A DNA stretch of 64,000 nucleotides from Octopus vulgaris (GCA_951406725.2 OX597827.1:61008001-61072000); one strand, 5' to 3'. Shown: positions 1 to 14,770, counted from the stretch's first letter. Numbers and translations: made by a program. Notes: a model not told the origin generated them from the letters alone.

Positions 1-1520
1 TCATTCAACTATAGATAATTTATGTTCCTGACACCAGCTTAATAATCCTTTCTACTAAAGGCATAAGGCCAGAAATTTTGTGGGAGGGGACTAGTCGATT
101 ACATTGACCCCAGTGTTTCACTGGTACTTAATTTATCAATTCCGAAAGGATAAAAGGCAAAGTTGACCCCAGTGGAATTTGAACTCAGAATGTAAAGATG
201 GACAAAATATCACTTGCATTTTGCTTGGTATGTTAACGATCCTGCCAGCTTGCTGCCTTATATCAGCTTAATAATGACAGTTTTTTTTTTTAAACTAAAT
301 TCTTCCTTACTTTCAAAATTAATTGAAACAATGGCCGAGTATTTGGTCAGAAATATGGCACTGTTGGATATGACGACAAGGATTTCAGTTGATTTGATCA
401 ACAGCTTGCTCGTGAAATTAATGTGCAAGTGGCCGAGTACTCCACAGACATGAATACTCTTAATGTAGTTCTCAGGGCGATCCAGTATGACAAGGAATGT
501 GACAATACTGCCCCTTTGAAATACAGGTACTACTCATTTTTGCCAGGTGAGTGGACTGGAGCAACATGAAATAAAGGGTCTTACTCAAAGACACGATATA
601 CCACAGGGAATCGAACTCACAACCTCATGATCGTAAGCCAAATACCCTAACCACTAAGCAATACACTATCACTAGAAATATGGTAACAAAAATGTTAAAG
701 TAATAATTCTTTTCCATAACAGAAATTCAAAGAATTTTTTTTTTATAAAGTTAATGCAGGTTAACTTACACTTTGCTTTTTATTTTTCATAAATAATAAT
801 GAAATTATTGTATACAGTGCTCAGGTGCACCACAACTTGTATACAGTGCTCAGGTGCACCATAAAATAATAGATTTAGAAGAAAAAATTATTTTGGATAT
901 GTGGCCCTTGTTAAATAGCAAATGCACCACACTGCTATAATTCTGTAGATATTTCTCCATCAATGAAGTTTTTAATTCACAGAGACACAGTGCTTTGCAA
1001 TATCAAATATCTTACTTCTTTGATCCTTTTGCTACAGACAACTCCAAGCCTCTTGCTTTTCAGCTTCTCTGTTTTACACAGATCCAACATCTAGCTCCTC
1101 TTTCTTCTACCTCCCTAATTAAAGTTCATTGCTCTCCAGCTTCTTCTCTTTTCAAGCCTTTAACCCTTTCAACTCATAAGTCTACTATCCTTCCTTTAGC
1201 CTATTGCTTCCTTGAGCATAGGCTATTGGTGACTTTCCACCATACTTCTCAAGTTTTCAGCTACCTTTCAAATTTTGCTACACTGCAGCAGGTTTCCCTG
1301 AGAGAAGGCCTTCATCTGCCAGGTCTTGTTGGTTTTGAATTGTCATTGGTGTTTCTTTAACTTTTACTTTTTACTAGATCAATGCTCAAGCAAAAAGGAC
1401 TGATTGATTCAATAGCAGAGCCCTGAGAACCATCAAGAACACTAGATGGTACCATCACATTTCCAACCGAGAACATATCAGCCCAAGCATCCCACCACAC
1501 AGTTATATGCCATATGCTCT

Positions 1521-1920
1521 GGTACTGACATATCCTCTGCCTTATGTGCTGGTACGGACATGTTTTCCACTGTATGCACTGGTACGGACATGTCCTCCAT
1601 TGTATGCACTGGTACGGACATGTCCTCCACCGTATGCACTGGTAAGGACATGTCCTCCACCGTATGCACTGGTAAGGACATGTCCTCCACCGTATGCACT
1701 AGTAAGGACATGTCCTCCCCCGTATGCACTGGTACGGACATGTCCTCCACCGTATGCACTGGTAAGGACATGTCTTTCACCGTATGCACTGGTAAGGACG
1801 TCTTTCACCGTATGCACTAGTAAGGACATGTCCTCCCCCGTATGCACTGGTAAGGACATGTCCTCCACCGTATGCACTGGTAAAGACATGTCCTCCACCA
1901 TTTGAACTGATACAGACATT
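1521..1920. repeat. 30-bp minisatellite, about 13 copies (GGTAAGGACATGTCCTCCACCGTATGCACT)
   Basis: Directly visible 30-bp periodicity, with one 28-bp unit near 1791-1818 and degenerate terminal copies. Confidence 0.97.
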
Positions 1921-4900
1921 CTTCCGCCTCCTGCTAAATCATCCAGTCAGAACCTATTATCTACTCAAGCTTACCCTACTGATGCAGATTGCCCAGTGTT
2001 TCTGAATCTGTCTAGCTTTTATCCTGAAGTTACTGGCCACTTGTCTATGTTGAGAACACTTCTCAGAAGGGAAAGAATGTAGAATTCACATTCTATTTCC
2101 AGGTGACTCTATCCTGAAGCTGGTGCAGATGATTTGGTCATTTGCATGACAGAACTCCAAGAGCTTCAACACACAAATATATTATTCTTCTACTTTTCAC
2201 CCATTCTCTACTGCCAGTCATCACTACTTCTCCCCACTGATCCATTTTTAATGATATACCTCCAGCTTATATTTACTATCAGCTCCCTCTCCACCCTTGT
2301 TCACCATTTGCCCCTACCCCCATTTCTCTCAATGTTTAACCAGCCATCCTGATCTTGTCCCCATACTCTCTTCTATTTATCTTTTTGTACCTCGAGGGCA
2401 TGCTCTGTAAACCTTGTAACAAACTTTCTCTTTCTAGTTCCACTCCAATTACTCCCACCCACCTTTATGTAATGTGAGAAGCTTTGTATCACCTCTACAG
2501 CAAGAAACCTGTTCCTCTCCTCTTATACTTTATCCCCTTAACATCAAGCATAAAACCACCTCTCTCTCTCTTTCTCTACTATACTCTCACTCAGTCTAGT
2601 GGGCTCTATAGTCTTGCAAGTTACATGGCACACTCACCAGTGCTGGTGCCATGAAAAAAATAGAAGCACCCAGTATACACTATAAAGTGGTTGGCATTAG
2701 GGAAGGCATCTAGTCAGAGAAACCATGTCAAAGCAGACATTGGAGTACAATACAGGCCTCCAGCTTAGTGAGATACTGTTGAAATGTCAACACATACCAA
2801 CATGAAAGACAGGCATTAAATGATGTGCATGTGTCAGAGGGAACTTGTGGATGCAAGTTTTCTATGGCTGGATGCCCTTCCTGCCATCAACCTTCACCTG
2901 TTTCCAAGCGAGGTAATATTTCCCCATGGCCAGACATGTTTTCATAGAAGATCGGAAACAAAGGACACCATTTGCATGATGATATTTGCAGCTATCATGC
3001 AATGCCAAGGCAAGGAAACCCAAACACACACACATACAAAACAGGTTTCTGTCTCAGTGGGATTTGATTTCAGAACATTAAGAGCTGTGACTAAATACTA
3101 TCAGGTATTTTGTCTCATGCTAAGACAATTCTGCCAATTTTACATTAATAACCATTTAAAATGTCGGCACAGTGTTGGTTTGTTTACATTCCATCTACAA
3201 AAAGACACCTATTTCTGTCACACTAACCTTCCATCATCAGACACAAGATTACCTCCTTCAATGCCCCCTCCCATCTCTAAAATTCCTTGTCTTCTAATTC
3301 ATTTGGTGACCCTGCTGGTGCTGGTGTCACATAAAAGCATCCAGTTCATACTGTGAAGTGGTTGGCATTTGGAAGGGCATCCAGTAGTAAAAACCATGCC
3401 AAAACTGACCTCACCTGTGCTGGTGCCACATAAAGAACACACAGTCCACCCTACAGACAATTCTGCCAATTTACATTAATAACCATTTAAAATGTCAGCA
3501 CAAGGCCAGCAATTTTAAGTGGGGGGTAAGTCAATTACATCAATCCATGTACTGAACTGCTACTACATTTTATTGACCTTCAAAGAAGAAAAGCAAAACT
3601 GACCGCAGTAGGATTTGAACTCAGACCACAAAGAGTCAGAAAGTAAGCTGCTATACATTTTACCAGCTCATCACCCTCCAATCTACATCAATAACAATAA
3701 CACATTTTAAATTAATTTTATGTCTAGGATTTATTAAATCTGAAATAAGAAATGAATTCTTCTTGGTTCTTATTTTCTTCAACATTGGCGTGTGTTTAAT
3801 CACTACTCTTCATGAATAACACTTACCATTCCAGGCTAGCGGTTTTGCCATTTGGATTGTGGTGCTGGAGTTGAGGATCGAGTGTTTTGACAGCTGGTTT
3901 GTTTTTATTATTTGTTCTTCCATGAAGGCACATGGCTCAGTGGTTAGAGCATTGAGCTCACAATCGTAAGTTAGGGAGTTCGATTCCTGGACCAGGCTAT
4001 GTGTTGTGCTCTTAAGCAAAGCACTTTATTTTCATGTTGCTCCAGTTCACTCAGTTGTAGAAATGAGTTGCAACATCACTGATGCCAAGCTGTACCAGCC
4101 TTTGCCTTTCCCTTGGACAACATTAATGGCATGGAGAGGGGAGGCAACTGCTGGTCTTCCGTAAACAACCTTGTCTAGACTTGTGCATCGGAGGGTCACT
4201 CCAATGGCCATTCATGACTGAAGGGGAATCTTTACCCTTAGTGCTATCCCACCCTTTTATACACAATTCATCGTGGGTTTGGCTTTTGTGCCTTTTATCA
4301 CACTGGCATGGGTTAGCTGAAACTTGACGATTTTCTATTTTCTACAGCTGAATGCTTTTACTCTTACTCTTTTACTTGTTTCAGTCATTTGACTGCGGCC
4401 ATGCTGGAGCACCGCCTTTTGATCAAGCAACTCGACCCCGGGACTTATTCTTTGTAAGCCCAGTACTTATTCTATCGATCTCTTTTGCCGAACCGCTAAG
4501 TAACGGGGACATAAATACACCAGCATCGGTTGTCAAGCAATGCTAGGGGGACAAACACACACATATATATATACATATATACAACAGGCTTCTTTCAGTT
4601 TCCGTCTACCAAATCCACTCACAAGGCTTTGGTCGGCCCGAGGCTATAGTAGAAGACACTTGCCCAAGGTGCCACGCAGTGGGACTGAACCTGGAACCAT
4701 GTGATTGGTAAACAAGCTACTTACCACACACCCGCTCCTGCACCTTTTTGTGTGATTTATTTTACAAGTGAAGTAATTTCTATTTTTCTTTCCAATGGTT
4801 TTCAAACACTGAATGCTCAAACTATGGGTTTCTTTGTTATTGCTTACAGGAGACTGTAAACAAAAACAATTATGGCTGTGTGTTGAAGAACCTTGCTTCT

Positions 4901-7900
4901 CAACCATGTGATTTTTCAGTTTGGTCCTACTGCATGGCACATTAGGCAACTGTCGTCTACTGTAGTCCTGGGTCAACCAAAACCTTGTGAATGGATTTGG
5001 TATACAGCCTACCAGATGCTAGAAGCTTATGGAGTCATCAGGAGAGAATATGCAGTTTCAGGGCCTTCCTCTTGATGTCTTTATTGTGCCCCTCTCTCAC
5101 CAAGATGATGCCCTGCTTGCTAGATCATCTGGTTACTAGGTTTCATTTGATATTCTTCTAGCCACAGGGTGGTGAGCTGGCACAATTGTTAGCACACCGG
5201 GCGAAATGCCTAGTGGTATTTCGTCTGCTGTTACATTCGGAGTTCAAATTCCACTCTGGTCGACTTCGCCTTTCATCCTTTCGGCATCGATTAAATAAGT
5301 ACCAGTTACGCACTGGGTTCGATGTAATTAACTTAATCCCTTTGTCTGTCCTTGTTTGTCTCCTATATGTTTAGCCCCCTGTGGGCAATAAAGAAATATT
5401 CTTCTAGCCACTGCTCATTGACTCTTAACCAAATCCTGTAGTTTGCCTTCTCCACTACATCATCATCATCGTTTAACGTCTGTTTTCCATGCTAGCATGG
5501 GTTGGACGGTTCGACCGGGGTCTGGGAAGTCAGGAGGATGCACCAGGCTCCAGTCTGATCTGGCAGTGTTTCTACGACTGGATGCCCTTCCTAATGCCAA
5601 CCACTCCGTAAGTGTAGTGGGTGCTTTTTACGTGCCAGGGGAGGCTGGCATCAGCCACGTTCAGATGGTGCTTTTTACGTGCCACCAGCACAGGTATCAC
5701 AACTACAATTTCCATTTGATATTTATTTTGATGTTGATGTACTTGACTCAATAGGTGTCTTCAAGCACAGCAGGTCACGTGCCACCGGCACAGAAGCCAG
5801 TCAAGGCTGGTACCGGCCACGTTCAGATGGTGCTTTTTATGTAGCTTCAAAATTTTGATGATGTGATTGTTTATTTTTAGAATGACATTGAAGAGTAGGT
5901 GTGATAGTTTGGATCTGGCAGGATTGAACATAAAACAGGTAGCATATTTGGGCCTGTTATGGCCAGTTTAAATGCTACAGGATTACGGTAAGGGCTTGCT
6001 GGCAGTTGAGTACAGACACTATGTCACCCACAACATAATCACAAGCCAATGAAAGAATTTCTATATGGTTGATTCAATGCCAGATTTAGCAACCAAATCT
6101 CCCTCAAGTTGCAACTTATTATGTAAAAAGATTATAAAAAAAAAGGAGGGGGAAACATTGAACAGTGCAATCGGGATTGTCATGGATGGAATGCCTTTGA
6201 GCACAGATTTGCTTGACTGATCAGGACTGCAACAATAACAGCTACAACAGCAACATGGATGAGTGTAATAAATATCTGTATCATGCTACTTGAGCCTGAG
6301 GCAAAAGCATTTAAACTTTTAGCTTTCAAATTTCTCTATCAAATGTAATGCTTATTTATTCAAATAGTTTTGAATTAATCATGTGTTAACTTATATCTTT
6401 GATATTTCAATGATGCAATTGTTTATTTTTAGAATGACATTGTGAGATAGGTGTGAAAGGCCAGATCTGGCTGGTTTCAATACAAAACAGAATATCTGGG
6501 TTTAATATAGCAGGTTTAAACACCTCTTGATGTTCCAGCCAACTTAAACAGCAGTTTGGTGAGGGTAGAGAGAGAGAGAGGGAGGAAGACACAGTTCATT
6601 GCTGTAAGTAGTAGTAATACTATATAATTCACAAGTGTTTTTGAAACTTTTCATACTCAGCTGAAATACATACGTAGCTTTAGACAAGGTTTATAATGTC
6701 TGTCACATTTATATGCCAGACAGATTACATACATGAAAAGTCTTCAGTGATTACCCAAAAAAATTTCTGTGTAAGCCACAGCTCGTTAAAATCATTAGAG
6801 GCTGTAGGCTTATTAGCTAATGCCCAAATGTGATTAGGTAGGACAAAGAAATACAAGCAAAGAAGAAATTCCAGAGGAGCAACACTCCAGAAAGACTACA
6901 CATAGGGGTTAGTGTAGGGACAAGGGAAACACTAGGCACAGTATAAATAACAACAGGAGGAGAGGTGAGTTGTGAGTACCCGAATGAAGGTAACATTAGA
7001 CCAGTCTGCTGTTGTGAGGACCAGAAGCCATTGTAGTAGATATAGTAAAAAACCAAAAACAAAAGGGCAGGTGGAGAGGACACAGAACGCTTCTGTGTCA
7101 AAGGTTGGTGTGTGCTGATGAGAAGCTTCAAACCAAAGATACTGAATAAAGGAACTGGTTTTGTTGGCTTTAAATTTTTCAGATTAGAAGCACAAGTATT
7201 GTGAATAAAACACTTGATAGATTTACTAGTAGACTGGTATTCTAATTCATTAGAGAGAGAGAGAGAGAGAGAGAGTGAGTGTGTGTGTGTGTGTGGGGGG
7301 GTTCTTATTTAGTTTCTGGGTGAGATTATTTTAAAGAACTGTTAAAGACGCTTTGTTTGAAATAATTGAAATCATGTAATCATCCCGGAGCAGGGCCGGG
7401 GTGACCATTTCACCTTCATTGTAATATTTTCATTTTATTCATTTTTCATGTGTTAATTGTCCCCGCATGTGTGTTTGTTCCCTCTATGTCGGCCCCTTGT
7501 GGGTAATAAAAAAATCATCTTATTTAGCTTCTGGGCGAGACTTAACTAAACAGAACTATCATTACCAAATGTTACCTTAATAGTTGTCAGATGCTCAACA
7601 CTGAACAAAACAGATTTGAGGGGAATTCAACCCTTTAGTGTTTGCATTATTCTGCCAAAACTAATGCTTTTTTATCCACATTGTTTTGAACTAATTGTGC
7701 ATTATCTTGTAGTGATGAGATTTTGATGAGGTAGCTGTTAATTTTTAAAATGACATTGTAGGGTTGGTGTGAGAGACCAGATATAGCCAGTTTGAACATA
7801 AAACAGGCAGAATACTTTTGGTCAGATATGGCTGGTTTAAATGCTAAAGGGTTAATCTAGCGAATAGTAACATTGATTATTTTATAATAGTCTTTTTCTT

Positions 7901-10289
7901 CTTTTTTTTCAAGATAACAAGGGTACCATTTGATGGAGACTTGGCTGCTATTTCTTGTCGGTCTAGTGACCATCTGGCAGCTCCATTACTGCTTTGAGAA
8001 TGTGCATGTGTGTGTGTGTGTGTGTGTGTGTACAGGGGTAAGATTGAGGGTCACTATTTCTCAACCACTTAACGTCAAGTAAAGTAGGATCTACCACCTG
8101 AACTGATGTCAGTGGATGAAAAGAGAAAATAAAATTAGAAACATGGATGGAAAAAACAAAACAAAACATAACAAATCTTTTACAGGTATTGCTTAGGATT
8201 TTATATGGGTTTTAGACTGTGGTATACACTGGAAATGTAGGAGAACAGCATCAACAAAGGTTAACAGCAGCTGAATTCTCCTTATGAAAAATGGTACAAT
8301 AATGACGATTTCTAAAAAACACATAAGATCACATTATTAGGGTATATAGTTAATTACACTGATAACCCTCTATGCTTTAATCCTTCAGCTTTCTGATTTA
8401 TCTGTTGAACATAATGCTTATTTATTCACGCTGTTTTGAGTTAATTGTACATTATCTCAGCTACAAGATTTCGATGATGTGATTTCGTTTTTAGAAGGAC
8501 ACTGGAGGGAAGGTGTGAGAGGCCAGATCTGGCCAATTTGTACATAAAACAGGTAAGGACCTGTTTAAATACTGACTTCAAATGTTGGCGCAAGGCCAGC
8601 AATTCCAAGGGATTGGGGTAAGTCGATTACATGGAATCCAGTGCTAAACCGGTACTTACTTTAGCAACCCTGAAAGGGATGAAAGGCAAAGTCAACCTTG
8701 GTAGAATTTGAACTTAGAACTTAAGGACCAGTTTAAATATTGAAAGGTTAAATATTTGGTTAGTACGTATTTGGTCAGTATTCATTTCCTTGATGCCCAG
8801 AGAGATGAAATACCACAATCAAAGTCAGATTTGAATCCAGAGCACAGATGGGTGTGACTGATATACCATTAATACCACAAATTGGCAAAATTGTTAGGGT
8901 ATCAGACAAAACACCAAAAAAATATCTATTCAGGTTTTTCACTTCCTGAGTTCAAACCCAGCTGACTTCAATTTTGTTTTTCATCCATTTGGGTTTAATA
9001 AATAAATTAGAGTACCAGTCCAGAATCGGGCAAAAAAATGCTTGGCAGTATTTGGTATTTTGTCCCGATTGCTCCTGCATGAGTGGTAAACTTGTCTATA
9101 TCTAGTCAACAAGATGGTGTCTTGTAAGAAAATACTCAAAGAAAGGCATTAAGAAACCACCTCTGTGTTCTCATAAGAAAATTTTGTGACAAGCACATGG
9201 GATTTGTAAACTAAATCATCAGAGATTGTTTGTTGACCTGATGACATAAAAATGAAGAAAGAAAAATACCATTAGGTATTATTATATGTAGCACCGGACC
9301 GACTCCATTATCCACTGCCCTTGGAAATGATATATTAAATAACATAGGTGTGTGGTTGAGAAGTTTGCATCTCAACCATGTGGCTTAAAGTTCAATCTTA
9401 CTGTTTGTGATTGGCTTGCAATCATTGCAGCTTGTTGACATTTCCTGTCAACAAATCATCTGCTATCTCTGTGCTTTTGAGATTCCTCTGGAATGAAAAA
9501 AATAAAAAAAACAAGAGTCCCTTACTTGAAAAACAGATAAGGGTTGTCAACAATGTTAGCTCAAAATTTACTCCTCTCAAAACCATGCTAACATGGAAAG
9601 CCAGAGATATTAAACAAAATGAAAAAAAATGGAAATGGTAGTCAATGGGTGAGGTTTGAAAAATCATGATCATTGTCAGATGTTCAATATAGCATTAGTA
9701 ATTTAACTGCATCATCTACGACAATTCTACGCAGAAAAAGCCTGTCTTGAGCCTCCAGGCTCATGAAGCTGGAACTTATCGGGTTTCAAGGGATCTGACC
9801 GACTGAAATAAACCCCTGGATGGGAAGCCAGTCTATCATAGGGTTAACTCTACAGATATCACAGCTACACATATTCAGCTGAAAGGATTGGAGCAATGTG
9901 ATATGAAGTGCCCTGCTCAGGGACACAGTGTGCCACCTGGTCTGAGAATTAAACTTACAACCCAACAATCATGAGCCCAACATCCTAATCACTAGGCCAC
10001 AGATTTTCACTCTTTATACAAAAAAAAAAATTTCTTTCCACTAGTAATTTCCTCACACCTTCAATCCTATAAAAAATTTTTTTTTTCATTTGTAATTTTT
10101 CCATCCCAACATGGATAAGGTTGTTTGCTAACCTATTTTTATTTAATATTTTTACAAAATGTGTTTATTGAAATTAAATTATTGGAACAAGTATTCCTCT
10201 TTGTGCATGAATCTTCTCATTTTTACAGATAGACAATGAAATAGGCATGTATTATATACGGTTGCCATCACAAGGGCCAGTTCTTGTTG

Positions 10290-10650
10290 CAGTGTAGTGG
10301 GCCTTACTGGCCCCGAGAGCTATGCTAGCAGAGCACAAGTTCCTGGGAAGGCCTCCTATGCTGGACAGGTTAAAGGATAGAGGCCAAGTTTGCATAGGAC
10401 CAACAACTCCACCTTGAAGAAAAATAAAAGTTACAGAAGCATCGATGACAATTTAAAAATCAATAGGATCCAGGAGAGGAAGTCTTTCCCTCAAGGAAAC
10501 GTGATGTGATGCAGCAAAATCTGAAAAGAAAAGCAGGGATCCAACAGAAAAAGGGAAAGAAGAGACAGCCCTGATTCAAAAACAGTGGAGAAAAGTTATT
10601 AATGGCTTACACTCCTCAAGGGAGTGAAGGGCTTAAGTAAATAAAGTAAT
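10290..10650 (+). mobile_element. RTE-related non-autonomous remnant downstream of the YLPM1 stop
   Basis: 5'-like block ccccgagagctatgct...ggacaggttaaaggatagaggcca and 3' tail ggcttacactcc..gaagggcttaagtaaataaagtaa, resembling RTE ends (pattern recognition only). Confidence 0.45.
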
Positions 10651-10767
10651 GTATAAGTTGGCTCTGAGACAGAACACAATTGACTTTAGCCAAAGATTGG
10701 AACTTTGAACAACATTTGCAATAGTCAATTACATAAATACCCAAACATTGCAGAGTAGGGGGGGGGG

Positions 10768-10853
10768 AAACAAAACAAAAAAAAAACAACAGACAAATGA
10801 AAATAAAAACAACACTAAATATCCTCTTAAAAAGACATGAGATGATTTTTAAT
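10768..10853 (-). promoter_or_regulatory. Possible YLPM1 polyadenylation signal (ATTAAA 10848-10853 with downstream U/GU-rich tract); alternative AATAAA at 10164-10169 and 10138-10143
   Basis: Motif position downstream of the stop only; no transcript evidence. Confidence 0.25.
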
Positions 10854-11010
10854 ATGCAGAAGACAAATAAGTGTCTGGAAGTGTTGGGTGCTGATTGCGT
10901 TATTTTTTGTTATTTTAGGGTTTTTTTTTTTTCATTGTTGTTGTTGGTGGTGGTGGTGGTGGTGTTGTTGGAAATCATTGTAAAATGTTTAAATGTTGCA
11001 GTGTTACCTT

Positions 11011-11157
11011 CTAGATGTATTTGGTGCGGTTTAAGGCCCTATCAGCATAACTATCGTCAGTAATTTTGTCCCAGTCATGCTGAGTCTGGCCAACCACAAA
11101 TCCCAGTTCTCGGCGGCGCAATTGTTGCTTACGTTCTTCCATATCGGCCCATCGTAC
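11011..11157 (-). CDS. YLPM1: YLPM1 last coding exon (VRWAD...GFVVGQT...ALNRTKYI*)
   Basis: ctgtttcag|GTACGATGG ... ATC TAG; 147 nt. The C-terminus ALNRTKYI and the KKR|VRW RVxF-type PP1 docking motif are YLPM1 hallmarks. Confidence 0.97.
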   Translation of the reverse strand, partial: VRWADMEERKQQLRRRELGFVVGQTQHDWDKITDDSYADRALNRTKYI

Positions 11158-14100
11158 CTGAAACAGAAAAACCACAGTTGAAACAACACTACAATATATA
11201 TGTTTCATTATTACCCACAAGGGGCTAAACACAGAGGGGACAAACAAGGACAGACAGACAGATTAAGTCGATTATATCGACCCCAGTGCGTAACTGGTAC
11301 TTAATTTATCGACCCTGAAAGGATGAAAGGCAAAGTCGACCTAGGCGGAATTTGAACTCAGCGACAGACGAAATACGGCTACGCATTTCGCCCGGCGTGC
11401 TAACGGTTCTGCCTATATATACGTTACACAACTACCATCACCACTACTACTATTATTATTACTACTACTACTACAAATGATGCAACGGCAGAAAAATGAA
11501 GTGCAGTGACATCAGAAAGGGAGGACAAGAGAGGAATGGAAACAGAGAAGAAAAAGTATTTGGCAAAGTTAAGAAAAGCATGCGAGAGTAAGACAAAGGG
11601 AGGTAGACTGAAATAGGGATTGTGGAGAAGTAGAGAGAGGCAGAAGGTGAAAAGGGACAGGAAAGTGAAAAATAGAAAAAGAGAGATGTCCTTCCTATTG
11701 CCAACCGAGCAAGGTAATATTTTTCTCACAGTGAGCCATGTTTTTCACAGGAGGCTGGAAGGGACCAACAGTGATGCTCATTTATAACCATCAGGTGAGG
11801 GCATCAGGCTGTAGAAAATTTGCCACACAAATAGTGCTGCACATATGTGGCCATACTGGGGCACTGCCTTGAATTTTAGTCGAACAAATCAACTCCAGTG
11901 TTTATTTCTTTTCTGTTTAGTACTTATTCTATCACTCACTTTTGCCAAACCACTAAGTTATGGGAATGTAAACACACCTAGCAAGCAGTGGCAGCAGTGG
12001 TGGCAGACACACACACACACACACATATACACAGTGGGCTTCTTTCAGTTTCCGTCTACCAAATTCACAAGACTTTTGTTGGCCTGAGGCTACAGTAGAA
12101 AACACCTGCCCAAAGTGTCATGTGGTGGAACTGAACCCGGAACCATGTAGTTGGGAAGCAAACTTCAATGCCACATAGCCACATGTGTTGACATATAAGC
12201 ACAAAATATGTAACATGCCAACACTGCCAGACTACCAGACGACTATTTGATGGAAGTGTATAAGACAGTTCCAGATCAGACCAATGTAGAGCTTAACTGG
12301 GTGGAAGGCCTAAGCATTTGAATCACTGTTACATTCAAGTGATTTGCCAATTCAAGCATAACCGATTGTAGATACTTAACAAAAATAGCAACAGCAATAG
12401 CAACTTTAATATAAAATCAAAACATTGAATAGAAAAAAGACAAAGGTAAGACAAATGCACATCTTCATGCAAGTTACTAATTGAAAAGATTAATGAAGGA
12501 ATGGATAAATAGGAGGAAAGAGGAGAGAAATAAATAGAAGAAGCATAAAAGCTGGCAGGGTAGGACAATAATAGTAATCCTTTCTACTTATAGGCACACG
12601 GTCTGAAATTTGAGGGGAGGGGGATAGTCGATTACATCGACCCCAGTGTTTCACTGGTACTTAATTTATCAACCTCGGCAGAATTTGAACTCAGAATATA
12701 AAGAGGGGCAAAATACTGCTAAGCATTTTGCCCAGCGTGCTAACGATTCTGCCAGCTTGCCGCCTTAATAATAATAATAATTATTATTATTATTATTATT
12801 TATTATTATTTCAAATTTTTGCCACAAGGGCTGCTCAAGGAAAGCAGGGATGAGTTGATTTCATTGATCCCAGTGTTCAACTGGAACTTATTTTATTGCA
12901 CCTGAAAGGATGAAAGGCGAAGTCAACCTCGGTGGAATTTGAACTCAGAACGTAACGACGGGTGAAATACCACAAAGCATTTCGTCCAGCAATTTTGAGG
13001 GGAGGGGAGGTGGGGTAACTTGATTATATCAATTCCCAGTACTCAACTGGTCCTTATTTTATCACCTCCAAAAGTATGAAAGACAAAGCTGATCTCAGTG
13101 AGATTCGAACTTAGAATGTAAACGGCCAGAAGAAATACAGCAAGGCATTTTTTCTGGTGCTCTAATGATTCTGCCAGCTTTCTGCCTTAATGGTTTCAAA
13201 GTTCAGTAAAAGCCCAATAGTTCTAGGGAGAAGTGGTTAATCGATTACATCAAACCCATTGCTTGACTGGTACTTTATTTTACAGACCCCCCGAAAGGAT
13301 AAAAAGCAACATTGATCTCAGTGGTAGTTAAACTCAGAACATGAAGCAACAGAAAACATGCTGCTAAATATTTTGTTCGCTGCGCTAATGATTCTGTCAG
13401 TTTGTCACCTAGATCAATAATGATGATAATAACATTCCACTTAGCAAACCAACAATGGAGCCTCTTTGTGGTCACTTGAGCGGCTAGAAATATCAGCCAA
13501 ATCACACTACCATCTAAGGACAAGAACACAGTCAGTTAATGTAGTTGTAAATACACTATGGAACTCCACACCACTTTGTTTTTTGATCATAGGTCTGTTT
13601 GATCAAGGTTGACCTTCTCATTGAGGTTCAACGTTACCCTGTACAAATTTGAGCATTCATACACACACAAATTTATCAAGTCCATGTGATTACAGCTAAT
13701 TAACAATGAAAACCAGGTATGACAATGATGATGATGAAGGCATGGCCTTAATGCAGTTGGCTTCTCTGACCTCAAACTAATATCGCCACCTAGATTTACA
13801 AGTGATGATGGCAAATTCTTTTCAACTCTCAAATGGTTTCTAGCTTGCTTCCTCCTTGCAACAACCTACATCTGGTAATAAATTAATTGATGAGTGTGTG
13901 CCAAGTCTTGCAGTGCCTACAGTAACTTAACAACATACATCAATATGTCACAATTGAAGAGTTGCTCTCCTTAGGAAAGGCACCCAGCTGTACAAAAATA
14001 AAACACTCTGCAATTGTGCTTACACTTTAGATAACTGACTCAAACATGCTGAGCCATTAGAAATAGCCAATGATGTGTGTATAGTTTATGAACATTTTCC

Positions 14101-14711
14101 AATTTAAAAAAATATTACTTTACAATAATTTGAAAAGCTGTTTATATTCTTTACAATCTCTTTATAATAACTGTTAAGAATTAATTTTTTTATTTTCTAG
14201 AATATATTTTTAATAGTTTGTATATAATCTTATTTATGATTGTTTATAATTTTTAATTGTACACACTTTATATCACTATGTAATATTGTTTATCGTAGAT
14301 ATGGTGCAACCTTTTATGAGCAGTGGGCCACATGAGACATGACTAATTGTTAGGCAGGCTGCACAAATAAAAAAAATCGAATTGAGGTATTTTGCTTTCA
14401 ACGGCTTGTCATGTAGAAAGTTTTGAGCTGCAGTTTGTCTATGACTGGTTTATAATTTTAGAATAGTTTATTCTCATTTACCAATATTTTTGTTTCTCAG
14501 ATATTTTTATTCTTTTGTTTTTACTTAAGTCATTTGACTGTGGCCATGCTGAAATACCACCTTAAAGGGTTTTAGTCAGAAAAATTGACCCCAGGACCTA
14601 TTCATTGTAAGCCTAGTACTTATTCTATTGGTCTTTTTTGCTGAACTGCTAAGTTAGTGGGGCATAAACACACCAGCATCAGTTGTCAAGTGATGGTGCA
14701 GGGACAATCAG

Positions 14712-14770
<59 letters not shown>

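Noticed and set aside
808-861. 29-bp-period two-copy direct repeat
   Set aside because: Ordinary local slippage duplication.
1446-1919. Repetitive ORFs (CTGKDMSSTV)n etc., or a CRISPR-like array
   Set aside because: ORFs in four frames on both strands are by-products of a 30-bp tandem unit, and a 2-bp deletion breaks the frame. There are no unique spacers and no cas genes, and the context is eukaryotic.
1-10290. A second protein-coding gene downstream of YLPM1
   Set aside because: No ORF with recognisable protein character or a consistent exon chain. The region is mostly SINE/MITE fragments, though small exons could have been missed.
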